A stretch of 64,000 nucleotides of DNA from Eledone cirrhosa (GCA_964016885.1 OZ024742.1:351974001-352038000); one strand, 5' to 3'. Counted from the stretch's first letter, positions 25,289-41,087 are shown. Translations and numbers: made by a program. Notes: generated from the letters alone by a model not told the origin.

Positions 25289-26482
25289 TAATAATTTTTT
25301 TGATAATACATTATTAGATTACTGAAGCTACTTTATACCTTCTTAAAAATACATTTTATAATTATTGTCTTTTTGCTTATATATTTTCTTACTCATCATT
25401 TTCTTTAATCTTGCCCAACCTGATAAGCTCTTTGAATTGCTCCTTAATTAGATTACTTAAATTACTTAAATTACTTTATCTATTATACCTAAGTTGTATC
25501 TGTTGAAGCAGCCCTTTGAAAATTCCTCGGATCTCCCAAATCCCGTAATTTTTAGCTTTTAATTTGTAAATTTCCTTAATTCATTTATATATATCTTTAA
25601 AGGCTCTCTAAAATGTTAATACTTTGAAGGGTCTTTCGGAAGAGGTTCTTAATAAAAATATTAAAGGGGCCTGTTCTGAGGGATTTTTTGATGGCTTTTT
25701 TAATTAACCCTTAATTGATTAATTTCTTTCAACTATTTATTTCTTAATTTTTTAAATTAAATTTAATGTTCAACCCCTTAATCGTTAATTTTTAATCTTG
25801 GATATATAAGATTGCTTAATCTTAAAGTCATTAATTTTTTTTAATTTCTGGGTTTGGAACTCTTAAAATTCAAATCCTAACTCAAATCTTAATCTTTATA
25901 TTATGGACTCCCTAAATCATTAACTTTATTAACCTGTTAAATCTTATTGAAAGTTCTTTTCCCTAATTTTTAATTTTTAATTTTTAATTTCTGAGTTTAG
26001 AACTTTAGTAGGGATTATCAAATCTTCGTAAATTTTCTAAAATTTTTTAACGAGATCTCTTAGAAATTTTTTTTTTTCTTTTGAAGGAATTTTTTAGGAA
26101 ACTTTATATTTTTATTTTTTTATTTTTTTATTCTCTTAATCTCTTCTGGTTTGTTAGGTTTATTGGAGCTTATAAGCTTTATGCGCTTATTGAGGGATTT
26201 TTTAAGGTGCTTTTACGAGATCCCAAGTCTTTTACTTTTAATGCGTAACTTATAAATTCTTTAATTTTTAACCTTCAATCCCTAACTCTTATGCCCTTTT
26301 CAAATTCTCTTAACTCCCTATAACCCATCCCTTTTACAACTCCTACAACTAATATAAAAGAGCCCCCTTAGAATAAAGACCCCAAATATACAAGCGGAGT
26401 TGTTGATGTATACCACGATTTCAAACTGCTAATCTTGAGTGAAACGTTGATGTAAATAATGAACTTACAATCACCTGTTATA

Positions 26483-26529
26483 TGCCTTGAAAAGACACAC
26501 CATATGGTCGGACGAAACGGCTGTCGGCA
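26483..26529 (+). ncRNA. Type I hammerhead motif, U3:A8 core, partly decayed stem II
   Basis: TGCC-TTGAAAA-gacacaccatatggtcggac-GAAA-CGGCT-GTC-GGCA, then AATAAA; antisense copy at ~23440-23486. Confidence 0.6.
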
Positions 26530-26682
26530 ATAAACTTGTTATTATGTCATAATAGTTCCTTTGTTCTTTTTCATTAATATGTCTGCTCTGCTTATACGCA
26601 TAGAGCTTAAGTAGCTACTGTCGCATATTTGGTAGGTCAGGCGTGATCATCGCGATTCACGTACGACCTACCATACATCTTG

Positions 26683-26737
<55 letters not shown>

Positions 26738-26825
26738 GTGCATACATACGTGTGTATATATATATATATATATTTATATATACGTGCATACATATGTGTG
26801 GGTGTGGGTGTGGTTGTGGGTGTGG

Positions 26826-26940
<115 letters not shown>

Positions 26941-27283
26941 TAATGAAAAAACATTTCTAGGCAAAATGATGTATTCATATTATAACACATACTGGCAAAA
27001 ATGAACAGAATAAACTAAAAGATAACAGCTGCAAATAAAACGTAATCTTTGAGATAGGTAGGCATTACTGATTGGCACTGTAGGATGTTTGTGTGTATGT
27101 GTGTGTATATCTGTGTATATGTGTGTATGTGTGTTAATGTGTGATCATGTGTGTTAATGTGTCTGTCCGTGTGTGTCTCTGTGTGTTGTCTGTGTGTCTC
27201 TGTGTGTAAGTGTGTTAATATGTGTGTGTACATTCAACATTTTCCCTTTGCCTCTCTCGTTATCTCTCTGACGTTGACTATTT

Positions 27284-27321
<38 letters not shown>

Positions 27322-27640
27322 ACACACACAACATGAAAAGAAAACAAAACTCACGCACACACAAAGATACACACACACCCCCATATATAAGTATATATAT
27401 GTATATATTCTAAATTATTGGAATTCTTATATCGAGAGAGAATAAATATGCTTTAACTGTCGCTATTTGTTAGAAGAGCGTATGATATGGCGACAGTGTC
27501 GATTTTCTCTGAGAAAATATCTCTTCCGCAGACATTACACATATGATATATGGAATGATCTGTAACCGCGGCTTCGCTGATACACTTTGTGTCGTTTCAT
27601 TTCCGTCGCTTCCGCTCCTGCGACAATGTGGTGTAACGTT

Positions 27641-27726
27641 TTTCATTACTTGACTTCTGGGCATCTAGACGTATATAATATATATATATTATATACGTCT
27701 ATATGCCCAGAAGTAAAGTAATGAGA
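27641..27726. repeat. Palindrome centred on short (TA)n
   Basis: tcattacttgacttctgggcatctagacgtatata / tatatacgtctatatgcccagaagtaaagtaatga. Confidence 0.8.
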
Positions 27727-28964
27727 ACTGTCCAGAGCCAACTCTTACACGGGAGGACGCCGTCCGAGTAACTTATGCTCGGAGGAAACGTTACAAATGC
27801 TGTTTTCGACGGTCCAACTCCTAAACAAGAAAGACGAACTGGTAACTGCATGCACACACAGATTGCGTAGGACTTACCTCGCCCTCAAACCCCATAATGG
27901 CCCCTAGGGGTAGACAAGGGCTGAAACACCCCACTTGCCGACTTTGTAAAGAGTAACCTCTGCTTACACAGGTAGAGGTAACATTTTTATATATTATTTT
28001 TATATATTTTTTATCGTTTTCCTCTATATTTCCTATCCCCCTCCATCCGTTCCTAGTCCTTCCACCCCAGATCTCCTTCTTTGTCATCGTTCTTTTCACC
28101 TTCTCGCCCACCCCGATGCAGCCCTTCGATCCTCTGTCGCCTCAGTACCCCCGCACCCTTATTTTATGATGGAATTGGCCGATTCCGCTTTTTATAGCAG
28201 ATGTGCTAGACCCCAGATACTTGCTTTCTTCTCTGGTTGCTGCCCCATTTCCGTGATTTCTAGATTTCTTAGTGGTATTTCTGCTTTAGTTTCTCGTATA
28301 TCAGTATTTATTTTTGGGGATTCTGAATTAATTTTTCGCATTAATTTTCCATATACATTGTACGAGTATTTATGTAGATTGTATTAGAATTTATGTATCG
28401 TAGCAGTACTTAGATATATTGTATTAGTATTCATGTTTCTGGATTCTGAATTAATATTTCGTATTATTTGTTTTAATAGGTTGGTCCTTAACTTGTTGAC
28501 CTGTCATTGTAAGATAGCTTTGGCTGATTACTACTAACGATTGTAGTGTTGGTAGACCCCTGTAATGAAGGCATCATACAGTTATTTCATTACAATCTCG
28601 TATTTAGTATTCCTTCCCACCTATTAAATTTCTCTATAGCTTAGTACCAGTACCAGTGAGAGATTTGATGATTGTGGAAGGGACTAGTAACCAGAAATTG
28701 TTTTTTCTTTATATTTTTTTATATTTTTTATATATTTAATCTACTGTAGTTTTCACTTTCAACGCTTGACTGGGTTTCCTCCACTCCCTCTCCCTCTTTC
28801 TTTTACTGGCAAGTACAGCTACCCCTACCTTCCACAAAATGCCATGATAGAATCATGTGTCTTAACAACAACTTTTGACCAATCCTTGTGACAATCATTT
28901 TTACCATATAATGAATTATCCCCTGAGAAGTTCGGCTATTCATTTACTAGGCTCAACATTTTCA

Positions 28965-29028
28965 TTTAGTCCATAATTAGCCGTCGAAACGGCTTGAGCT
29001 CAGCCGTCGGGGTCCTACTTGTTCCTAT
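28965..29028 (+). mobile_element. 'AGGAACCAG' family fragment (HHR 3' half only)
   Basis: ttagccgtcGAAACGGCTtgagctcAGCCGTCggggtcctacttgttcc. Confidence 0.7.
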
Positions 29029-29096
29029 ATATAAGGTATATGTATATATATATATATATAGATATTTGTGTGTGTGTTCGTACTTATGTATACATT

Positions 29097-29194
<98 letters not shown>

Positions 29195-29789
29195 GAGAGG
29201 AGGGATGAGGGAGGTCCTGTGTTTATATGTTTTCTCTTTTTCAATAAATATAGAACATTTACCATATGTTGAAACATATTATACTCAGTGGCTGAGCCAC
29301 TAATGTTCTACTAAGCGAAATCATATAACAGCCGAGCAGTTAAGTAAATGTCCTCAGTACTATAACATTAATTTCTAAAATACGTAGTAAGCACGCACAA
29401 TAATGTGACGACAACGAATATGGCGCCTTTCGCACAATCTTTTTTCCCGGTGGCAGCGCACCATGGCAGGACGCGATGTCAGGTCCCGCTGCAAGGATTG
29501 TTTGATGACTCTGTCCCCACGACCTACTATTGAATAAGCGAGAGAAGAAGCGTAGTAGATACAGAAATTAGCAAATACCCGACAAGTATGAAGAAGATAA
29601 GGAAAATATGGAAGAAGATAAAAAGAAACGATTGTAAATATGGTTTCTAGTTATTGTATTGTCATTCACAAGTAAGATATTTTTGCCGTTGATGCAAGAC
29701 TCCGTGAAGACGAATAATTAAGTCGTGAACGGTTAGGTTAAGAAGAATATTTTGACAATACTAAACATCATCGAGTAGGGTAGTGTCAG

Positions 29790-30400
29790 TAAATTCTATT
29801 GATATTTGACAAGGTTCATCGAGAATATTTATGGGGCATCTCCAAATGAGTGAAAAGAGGGCCTCGGAAATCTGACTCTTAATATTCCGAAGCATTTATC
29901 AAAAGTTCAATTGATATATGAAGCTTGTAATGGTAAATTGAAGATAATTTTATATTTCCTCTTGACTTTGGCTGTGTTTCACTTCGTCACAGTTGGCTTT
30001 TCTAGAAATGCTGAAGCTCATCATGAAAATTATATTCGACGGCAGTGACTGCGGATTCGCAACTGAAAGTTAGGAAACAGTTTGCGGACAATATATGATA
30101 TTGTTGGTGGTAACAATAAAACAAACACAACAAAAAAAAACAACTAAAAACAGTCTCTAACAACTGACTCGAAACATGGATGAAATAAGCAAGAAAATTG
30201 GACAGAGAATAAATACATATTAGACGAATATTATGGAGGTCATTCATAGAAGAGGCAGCACATATTGCTGGTTGAAAATGAGACTATCGAAGGAATAAAT
30301 CTAGTTGGGTAAATATGTTCTCTGCAATGATGTATTAAACCAATGTTTGTTAGGCAAGAATCGTCTAATGCAGAGAGGAAGATCTTAGGTATTTTGATTG
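29790..30400 (+). pseudogene. Highly decayed LINE reverse transcriptase remnant
   Basis: FDKVHREYLWG at ~29805 and QFADNI (YADD-like) at ~30078 at plausible spacing; many stops. Confidence 0.45.
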
Positions 30401-31239
30401 ATATATCCCCTGTGACGATCCAGCCATTTGATATGTTGAGTAATAATACAGCTCTATGAGCCAATAAGTACAATCAGTATAAGTAAGAAGGGAGAAACAT
30501 ATGTAATAACCTAGAGAGGATATAACAATGGTGTTGCGTGGATTAGTGTAGACTTGGAAACCTCCGCGTAAAATTGACGATTTTGCAGCAATCTATAAAA
30601 TACCTCATTACGAAAATCAACCCAACATTATGTTCTCATGGAAGAACGATTCTGCTAAAAAGCCTCGTGCCCCTGGGAATGGACATCCCGGATAATCCAC
30701 CGTTACACCAATTAACTAAGTTCATAAGCAGGGCGATCAATCTTCAGGCTACAATTAGCGTACGAAACCCATTCTGCATCATTTCCCAATAGAGTAAGCA
30801 GGTGAACAACATTGTTTATAATGAAGCCAAAATAAAAACATGAGAATATATACCAGTAGCATATTTTCATTTAAATTCTAACAACCTCAGATAACCAGAA
30901 CACAGGTTAGAAACAAATAACTAGCAAATCTGCTCGATCAAACGATGAAGAGAAATCAGTCATCTTGTTGTCATCTTGGGTCCTTAAAATGCTATTTAAT
31001 CTAGTTGTTTTTTCCAAAGCTCACTTATTCTTGGATCGTACATTATCAAACACCTGGCAATTGCTGAAGATGGGATGTTGCAATACCAAATAACATGTGA
31101 TTCTATTTCTGTGATATATTTATGAGAGAGAGAGAGAGAGTTGGGTGAGAGTAGTCTAGGAAAGAGTGACAGGAGAGAAAGGTGGAAGAGAGGGAAAAAG
31201 TGCGAGAGAGAAGATAAATGTATATATGTTCAGTATAAT

Positions 31240-31418
31240 AATTGTTTCTACTTTGTGGCACAAGGCCAGCAATTATACCAGTGTATTACTGGTACTTTAT
31301 TTTATCGACCCCGTAAGGATGAAAGGCAAAGTTAACCTCGACGGCATTTGAACTCAGAATGGTAAGGGATGTAACTCTATGCGTCAAAGCATGGCGTACC
31401 ACCCTCTACCGATACTGA
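31240..31418 (-). mobile_element. SINE copy
   Basis: Nearly the same as 4273-4453. Confidence 0.88.
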
Positions 31419-33056
31419 TGAAGTTTTAAAAAGAACGGTGCATATTTTAGAAATTCCTCATCGACAACAACAACGAAACGCTGATGTACATAAAGAAAGA
31501 AATCTTGTATTAACTTATATCTATCAGCAAATTTTACCAGCGACTTCTCGCTGGATCTCTTTGCTCACAATAGTGCTGAACATTTCACTAATGTAAATTC
31601 AAACATTACAAATACATCAATGACTAGGAAGTGTCTCCGTTTCACGATATATTCAGATTGTGACACTTAGATTCAAGTCAGTTCCTGGAATGACTAAATT
31701 ATTACTTATTCCATTCCTCTGCCAATTTGTTTGTGGAAATATGGAGCCACGGCAGTTATATGGAACCAGAGTCGTGCCATTCATGTATGTAATCATTGGA
31801 TGAAATGTTCTAAAGTCCGATACGTCATTATAAAGTGTTTCTTCAGTTTCATGTATGAGAGGAGGAGGGGGAATCATTCGTGATATGACTTGTTTATTCA
31901 AGTACTCAATACGGACAAATATGTTGCTGATTCCTAATCATCATTTCCATGAGGTATATGTAAGTGGAAATATGATAAAGTGATTTATATGATGATGATC
32001 CCTGTTGAAATATCATGATTTGTATAGTTACTTGTGACACCAACCACTCACTAATCCTCTGGTAATCCTTTGTATAACCACATCAGAAGAAACCTCCTTA
32101 ATTACGTAAAACCATATATACTACTCAGTGGGCTCAGGTGTGATACTATCGAGTCGCTTAAATACATATACTGTTCAGTTTCTGGTGATTTAACTTTGGA
32201 TGTTGAGAACAACCTGATAGTTGATAAAGCCTCTTATGCATTTACGGCAAACTAAAGATGTGCTTGATCATTATTTCTCATCATATCTCTACTGGTCAGA
32301 GACATAAACACCATACTGAAAACACTTGCAAAACCTCTAAAGATTCCAAACCTCTGTCAGAACCTTAATTTGAACATCAGTTGGAAATCAATTACACTTA
32401 ACAGCGAAGTCCTGGAAGAATCTCACTGTTTGCGTTTCGAACTTAACATCGATAGTTATCATATTTGGTTTCCATACATCACAAGACTTAGTGACTTCTA
32501 GCGTCTGAAGCAAATAATCTCTCATGAAAGCAACCACCAAATAAGCATCATAAGCAACCACCAAATAAGCATCATAAAGGCCTCTTAATTACACAGACCA
32601 GATAGATATTGTTAATAATATGTTATTGTAACTGATGAATACTGAAAAATAATCTTCTGTATATTGTATTTGAAATTCATAATGTCGCGCTAAATGTGCA
32701 CCCCGGAATTATATATATGTAACTTCTATGATGTCGCTCCGCCATCTATAAGTAGCAAAGAATTCCCACAAATGATGCTATCAAACTTTCAAAAGTTAGC
32801 AACCCGGGTAATATTATAATTCATGATAAAGTGAATATAAATCACCGGTTATAATGCACGACCAGCTAAATTGAAGACATTCTCGTATTTACCTGCCAAC
32901 ATAGAAAATCCCACACACATAGACACGCAAAAAACGCAAGCACGCACACACACACACACACAAAATAACGTGCACTGACATACACATATACATATATTTA
33001 TATGGTAGCGCTCTCTTCTTCCGACTTTGACATTCGGGATGTTCCACTGGAAAAAA

Positions 33057-33621
<565 letters not shown>

Positions 33622-33627
33622 ATATAT

Positions 33628-33668
<41 letters not shown>

Positions 33669-33778
33669 CATGTGCAGTGAGCGGGACATGGAAGAAAAGT
33701 TAGATACATTATCTATGTGCTCTTCACATCTAAAATTGCTATATATATACGTATATATATATATATATATATATATAC

Positions 33779-33952
<174 letters not shown>

Positions 33953-34738
33953 TTATATCTGTGTTTGTGTGTGTGCACGTTCTAATATGTCTCGCTATAC
34001 TGTCGTTGTGATGTAGACTGCAACCAACATTCAAATAATCAATATATAAAAAGCTAAAAAAGCTATTAACACACGAAACCTCATTTTCTATATCCAGGAC
34101 TATACTGACAATAGTAAGATAAAATCTGAAAGAAATGTGGCTGCTATTTCTAGTAACCACACATAGCGTTTCTCGAATGCTCGTGGGTTTGTATGTGTGA
34201 GATCTAAGTGTTTTCCATAGGAGCCTTGATTGCTTCTGTATTAGGGTCAATTAACCCTGATCATGTTGTCCTATGACCATTGGCACTCTAACCATGACCA
34301 CTTTATCTTTTCCTGACATGCATTATATTATGTGATGTTGCTGCTATTTCTAGCAAACCTTATTAACATATAATGTAAATGTGTTCAATCGTGTGTTCGT
34401 GTGTATTTGTTTTTGTTTGTATCAATATTGTTCTACTGGTCGAGCTGACTAAATATTGAATATACTCCAGCCGTGGCTGTCCCGCCAATTTCCTATGCAC
34501 ATAGAACATGTGAATATATGTGTTGGCGAATTTTTGGGGAAAATAGCCTGAAATTCTAGCGAGTATTGCAACCACATTGAGGCCTTCCCCGATATGTGTG
34601 TGTGTTCGTGTGTGCAGTTCTTGCTTTCTATGTAAATCTCTCTATGAATATATGTGTGCGTGGTCTGTGTATATTGTGAAGCACCTCTTACGTAGATAAT
34701 TCTACCGCACACTAATAGTCAAACATTCGGGTGAGATG

Positions 34739-34837
34739 CTGTGGTGTGTTGAGATATCCATGCGATACGTGTGTGGTGTTTATGTAGATACTGTGGTGTG
34801 TTGAGATATCCATGCGATACGTGTGTGATGTTTATGT
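34739..34837. repeat. Tandem duplication, ~2 x 52 bp
   Basis: ctgtggtgtgttgagatatccatgcgatacgtgtgtg at 34739 and 34791. Confidence 0.85.
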
Positions 34838-37800
34838 GTAAGTGCTGTTTATATATGTCACTGTATTCTAGGTGTTCTTTAGTGTATATTGTTGATAGCA
34901 AGCATTGACGTCTGGTAAAGCTTCGATTTTCAACCGCATGTATTGGAATTCGATCTCAATGCGTGGAACATTATATATGCATATATATATATATATTATA
35001 CATATATCTATATTTGCGTGTGTGTATGTGTGTGCGTGTGTGTTCTATTATACTATTAAATAGCTGAAACCTTATAATTCTGTTTGATTTCAATATTAGT
35101 CAAGATAAACTTTTGATTACAGTTGTTTTTTTCTTGCTCGTAAACATAAACTTATATAAACCCAGAGGGGCGCGCGAATTATCACACCCGCTCACACATA
35201 TCCTCACACATAAATACACATGAAATCGACTACAGAGCATAACCCACACGTGCATATGCAAACACAAGTTCATGTATAAGCAAATACGCGTACGCATGCT
35301 TACATATGAGTTAAAGGGTAACAGGGACGTTCTCAGACTCCCTATAATATGCTTCAACAAAATAACCCCAAGACCACACGACACCCTCTTACATAAAGAG
35401 AGGTTATATTAAGTATTGTGGAACTCCAAGATATCATTTCAAACGAGGTTGATCCCACTTGGTATATATCATGCTAAACATCCACAGCAACTAATGCTAT
35501 ATATATTTCTAAAAACGAAGAGGAACCACCTACTTACTCGGCCTGCTATATACAGGAGGGCATATTCCCCAAATGACAAGTTAACTAAACGTGCAGAAGC
35601 ACACATACACATGCAATTAGATATATTACATAATAAGATCCTCAACAAGATCACAGAAATATAGCTCGAACACATCTAGATTGCATTCGGACAGATATCT
35701 GGTCATGAAGGGTTGACCAGGTTCTATAGGAACCAGTATATATGAAGCACTTAGGGTGTATTTGCTTTATCGCTGGAAATAGTAGTCACTTTTTCTCACA
35801 GATAACAGCCTAACATATATCATGAGCCTTGATAGAAAGTGTCGGAAAATATGATGGGATGGTGTCCGTTCACATACATATGAACATCGTTACGCTCAAT
35901 CAAAGCTGAAATGGCCCTAAACGTGTCAGACAAAAACATATATATAATTCAAAGATATTTATCAGAGAGTGAATTGGCAGTGGCATTAGGGTCGGATTAA
36001 AATTGCCTCCTTGTTTATTCTGACGCCGGCTGCTCTGAGTTCAATTACAGCCGAGAACAATTTGCTTTTCATCCTTTCGATTGTCGACGAATACATTTAG
36101 TTAAAATTAGGAGTGATCCACTCACTTCTGCTGGGAGGAATCGGCTGTGCCACGCCTGGAGATACATAGCTTATGTCAGTTTTTCAAATGACCAACACAA
36201 GTTGTGTTAGAACGCTGCTAGAGCACCATTAATAAAAAAAAAGATTTCCTTGTCTTTCATTTTATTTGTTTTCTTCTTTACATATCTGTCATTTTAACGT
36301 AAATATACACATCATTAGGAAATGAAAGCAAAATGAAGTAATATATGTTTATATATACGTATGTGTGTCCATATGTATAGGTGCATGTAGAAAAGTATGT
36401 AAGGATGTCTGCCTGACGGTATGTATATGCGGATGTGCGTGGGTGTATGTGTGTTCGCATGAAAATAACCGCAAATATATACTTACTTTGGATATAGACT
36501 TTTGGACATATCGAAGGAGAGGAAGCAAAGGCACACGCCTGTTCTCACGATAACATACACATGTGTATATTGGTATGCTATATAACTTGAAGCTTGTTTC
36601 TTTAACTGAACAAACGTACGAAATAAGTACGTATATATGCATAGCCATACATATATATATAGACACACACAAACACACACACAAACCCTTATATATATAT
36701 ATATATTATATATATTTATACATATATGTATATATATATGTATATATATATATATAATGTGTATATATATATATATATATTTTTTTTTTTTTAGTATATG
36801 TTGGTTGTATACCAACACCTCAGTATGCAGGCTGGAGCACACGACGAAGTGCGCAGGTTGGTTTGGTTACTCCAGAGTAATGTAAAATAAAGTTAAATAA
36901 AAAGTCAAATGTTTAAAATTTAAAACGAAGCTAAATTTTAAACATTTGACTTTATTTTATATATATATATATATATATATATTATGTATACACATATATA
37001 TATATATATATATATATGTGTATATATAAGTATACATATATATATGTATACATATATGTATATATATATATATGTATATATATATGTATATATATATATA
37101 ATGTATATATATATATATGTATTTAAAAGGTAAACAGAAATAACAACACTATCGATAGAGTATATAGAAGGTATATATTAGGTTAATATTTATATGTATA
37201 TATATATATAGCCTGCCTGCGCTGTGATTCTACTCCTGTTTGTGTCTATACAGTTATATAACTGCTAGATTATATAATTTTATATATATATATCGACATC
37301 TAAACAATTTTATCGCATACAAACCCTGATACACACACCCACATATGTACATATACATGTATACACTGGTGTGTGTAAACAATTTATTATAAAATGAATG
37401 AAAAACCTCTTGGGTTCATACTGTGTATTTTCGTTGTCTTAACAATATATTGATTAAACCATGATATAACTGGCTAGAATTTTCACAGACACGTGTATCG
37501 TCAATGTATTCCCCAAGTAGAATCACAATGACACAGTATGTGTGTCAAAGATAATGTTGTTAATTGTATATATACTTTATCTGATGGGCTTTTGAATAAT
37601 CTCTAGCTATATTGTTTCATTTATAAGCTATTATACCCACTGGTGTCATAAAAAATAGACATGTCTTATCCTCTTAGCTGTTCGATTGAAGCCACGGCAT
37701 CATTTCACACATTTACTATCAACCTTTCCCACGACTAGGTCTCTTTTTATAAAACATATACACATTTTAATGAAATGTGTGTGTACAGTGCTCAGGAGCA

Positions 37801-39199
37801 CTACAGCACATCAAAGGTGCATGTATAGTATATAGAATAATAGACAAAAGTCAGGGAAGTGAATAGTGTATGAGTCATGATATACATGTGTGCGTGTGTA
37901 TGGAGGGCGAATATTATGTGTTGTGTTGGCGAATCTCAGGAAGCATGGATATTTTAAAGGATGCAAATTGACTCATAAACTTTCGTACTGAAAGCTATCG
38001 TGCATATGTAATATTGAACCGAAGTCTAAAGTCGTCCTCTCACATATCTATATACAGGCAGTTGGCATGCATTTACAAACTCGAAAGACCTGTCAGAAAT
38101 ATGAACCAAATCAGACTTAAAACCACGTGTTACTCTTTTAATAAGTAAACAACATAAACATAAAAAAAAAAAAAAAAGCTGGATATTTGCGGCAATAATA
38201 TTTTCGATATTCGACCCGGTATGTGATGGGATTAAATAACAACAACCACAACAATAACAACAATGGGAACAACTATAGAAACTGGACATGGTATTTTGAG
38301 CTGCTGAAAATAAAAGCAAAACATTTATAAAAATATATAAAGCGTCTTCTCTATCGTTTCCTATTAGACCTTGTTTTTCCCTCCTTTTCTATTTACGGCA
38401 TTTAGAGTCCTTTCCTCTACTTTCCTGTAAAGCCATATCTGCCCTTCTTTACCCTTTCTTCATCACTTAGTTTTGTTTTTATCTTGTTTTTTATGTTTCC
38501 ACAATTGTATAACGTCTGTTTGTAAAGTATAGTTGACAGAATAAAACCATAGCTAATTCCATCTTAAGTGAATGGTATTGGATAATATAGTTTTGTATAT
38601 ATAGAGGGAATAAAATATATTATAATCGGTGCAGGGACAAGTTGATGACATTCCTGCCAACCAAAACATAACCGGGTGTCTCCGTCATCCGTGGGAAACG
38701 CCTTCTCTATTCTGTCCGCCGGGGCTGTGGGGAGACAAGCCGTTTATATTACGAATTCTGTTGATTAGTTCTAGTCAAATACTGAGGTTGATTTAATCAA
38801 CTGAGCTATATATGTTTTTTACTAGATTCGATGTTTTACTAACGGCCGCATACTCTCTCTACTAGCTGTCGATGAGACGTCCCGTAGCTAGCAGTACCAA
38901 CATTTTTCATAGATCCGACACCCGTTACTTTAGTCGACTACAGAAAAAATACTCTACAATGTAAAGCTGCGCAACCACTGCAATCTACATACGCAGACAC
39001 TTTACATGATTTCTAATCCCTCGATGTTCGACAGCTTCGTAGAGATGGAATAAAGTAAAATGAAATAGGAATAAAATCAACAAAGCTATGCATCGTGTGA
39101 CCTGACTGCGGTGACTATTGATAAAGTTACGCTCAGCATTCCTTCATAGAGGCTGGAGAAATATCAGCAGTGGCAGCAACAACAGTAGCACAACAGCAG

Positions 39200-39258
39200 T
39201 ACCAGTAGTGTTGGTGGCGGTCGTCGTGGTAGTGGTAGTGGTGATGATGGTGGCTGCT

Positions 39259-39340
<82 letters not shown>

Positions 39341-39436
39341 CGGTGGTGGTGGTGGTGGTGGTGGTGGTTGTAGTATTAGTAGTAGAGGTAGTTGTAGTGG
39401 TAGTAGTAGTGGTGGCGCTGGTGGTGACGGTATTAT

Positions 39437-39495
<59 letters not shown>
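39200..39495. repeat. (GTA)n/(GTG)n microsatellite
   Basis: Direct reading. Confidence 0.92.
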
Positions 39496-39613
39496 ATGTT
39501 TTATATTGAAACAATAACATACGTGCTAGGTTATTGTCCCCAAAATCAAAAATCAATAATATAATTTGTGAATGCTAGTTCAATTCCTAGTGGGAATCGG
39601 CTTACCACATGTA

Positions 39614-39688
<75 letters not shown>

Positions 39689-39734
39689 TTGTATGTATAA
39701 TAAAATAAAACATTTTCATTATCACTAAAGGAAT

Positions 39735-39826
39735 CTGACGGCCCGCCGATTACAGAGTCGGGCTAGATCGATACAGGTCGAACCTTGAGCTGATCGTTGG
39801 CGAAACGCGCGTCACCAACCAATAAA
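39735..39826 (+). ncRNA. Degenerate hammerhead plus polyA signal (pLTR end)
   Basis: ctgacgg..gatcgttggc-GAAA-CGCGC-GTC-acc..AATAAA; palindromic stem III ACGCGCGT. Confidence 0.4.
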
Positions 39827-39867
39827 CATAAAGAAGGAGTAACCACTCGTCCTTCTTTTATTATAAT

Positions 39868-40029
39868 TATTTCTACTATTGGCACAAGGCCAGCAATTAC
39901 ACACTACATTACTGGTACTTTATTTTATCGAACCCGTAAGGATGAAAGGCAAAGTTAACCTCGGCGGGATTTGAACTCAGAAATGTGTCAAAGCATGGCC
40001 TCCGACCCACCACCGATACTGCCAATTCA
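39868..40029 (-). mobile_element. SINE copy
   Basis: ggcacaaggccagcaattac..gatttgaactcag..ccgatactgccaattcac. Confidence 0.88.
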
Positions 40030-40120
40030 CAATACACTCTGTATAGCTCGATACAGATGCGAACCTAAATATCGAGTGCTCACCCGGGTGAACCTACAGT
40101 AACTCTGCGTTACACTCCGT

Positions 40121-40227
<107 letters not shown>

Positions 40228-40637
40228 TAGAGAGAGAGAGAGAGAGAGAATGAGAGAGTCAGAGAGCGAGAGAGAAATAATCTTTATTTTCTCTTGTTTG
40301 TTTTTCCCACATATAATTTATCTGTGTGTCTGTGTCTGTGTGTTTGTGTATCTGAGTGTGTGTGTCTGTGTGTGTGCTGTGTGTATGTACATATATGTGA
40401 GTATGGCTACATATATCTGTAAGTCTGCATATATGTATGTGCATATGGGTGTGTGGCTGTATGTATGTGTATGTATGTATGCGCATATGTGTGTGTGTGT
40501 GGCTGTATTATGTGTATGTGTGTATGTATATATGTGTGTGTGCATGAGTTTTTACAAGATTCAATTATGTCGATAATGTCCAGACTTCATGTAACTTCTG
40601 TATTTATGTTTATGTTGTTATTTTTTTATATATTAAG

Positions 40638-40902
40638 AGAATCGGTAGAGCGCTGAAAAAAATACTACGTGATGTTTGGTTATGGTTGTTAATCTTCTGA
40701 GTCAAATCCCGTCGAGGTCAACTCCGCCGTACATCCCTCCCGGGGTCGATAAAATAATGTATGAGTTATGTACTGAAATCGATATAATCGGCTTTCCCCT
40801 AATTTGGGTAAAGGAAAAGTAGATTAAATATACCCTAGTACATTACTGGTACTTTATTTTATCGACCCCGTAAGGATGAACGGTAAAGCTGACCTCGACG
40901 AG
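40638..40902. mobile_element. Two opposed SINE fragments (+ ~40638-40800; - ~40830-40902)
   Basis: gagtcaaatcccgtcgaggtcaact..ggggtcgataaaat, then ctggtactttattttatcgaccccgtaaggatg. Confidence 0.7.
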
Positions 40903-41087
40903 CTTAATTTTATGATAATTGTGATAATAATCTTATGTCAAATGATGATGAAGATGATGATTGTTTTAAGTATGGTGGGAGTTATAGTGAGTTTAATATT
41001 GAGGCGTGTGGGGGGGGGGGGGGTTACAGCAGTAATATATATATATAGTGTTATTTCGGATATTGGGTAGCGCTTTATGATAAGAAT

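Larger units (their letters stand above)
23389..26580 (+). mobile_element. Penelope-like retroelement remnant with ~780 bp inverted terminal repeats (23389-24368 / 25801-26580)
   Basis: The arms are near-perfect reverse complements. HHR plus AATAAA lie at the outer end of each arm. Faint GIY-YIG-like traces (TRFTE.., RDIEATWI) on + at ~24395-24590. Confidence 0.65.

Noticed and set aside
32150-32500. Possible decayed L2/CR1 RT tail
   Set aside because: Only vague peptide resemblance; no diagnostic motif readable.
32632-32650. CTGATGA-ATACT-GAAA motif (similarly 23284 and 31415)
   Set aside because: No stem II, stem III or cleavage triplet context.
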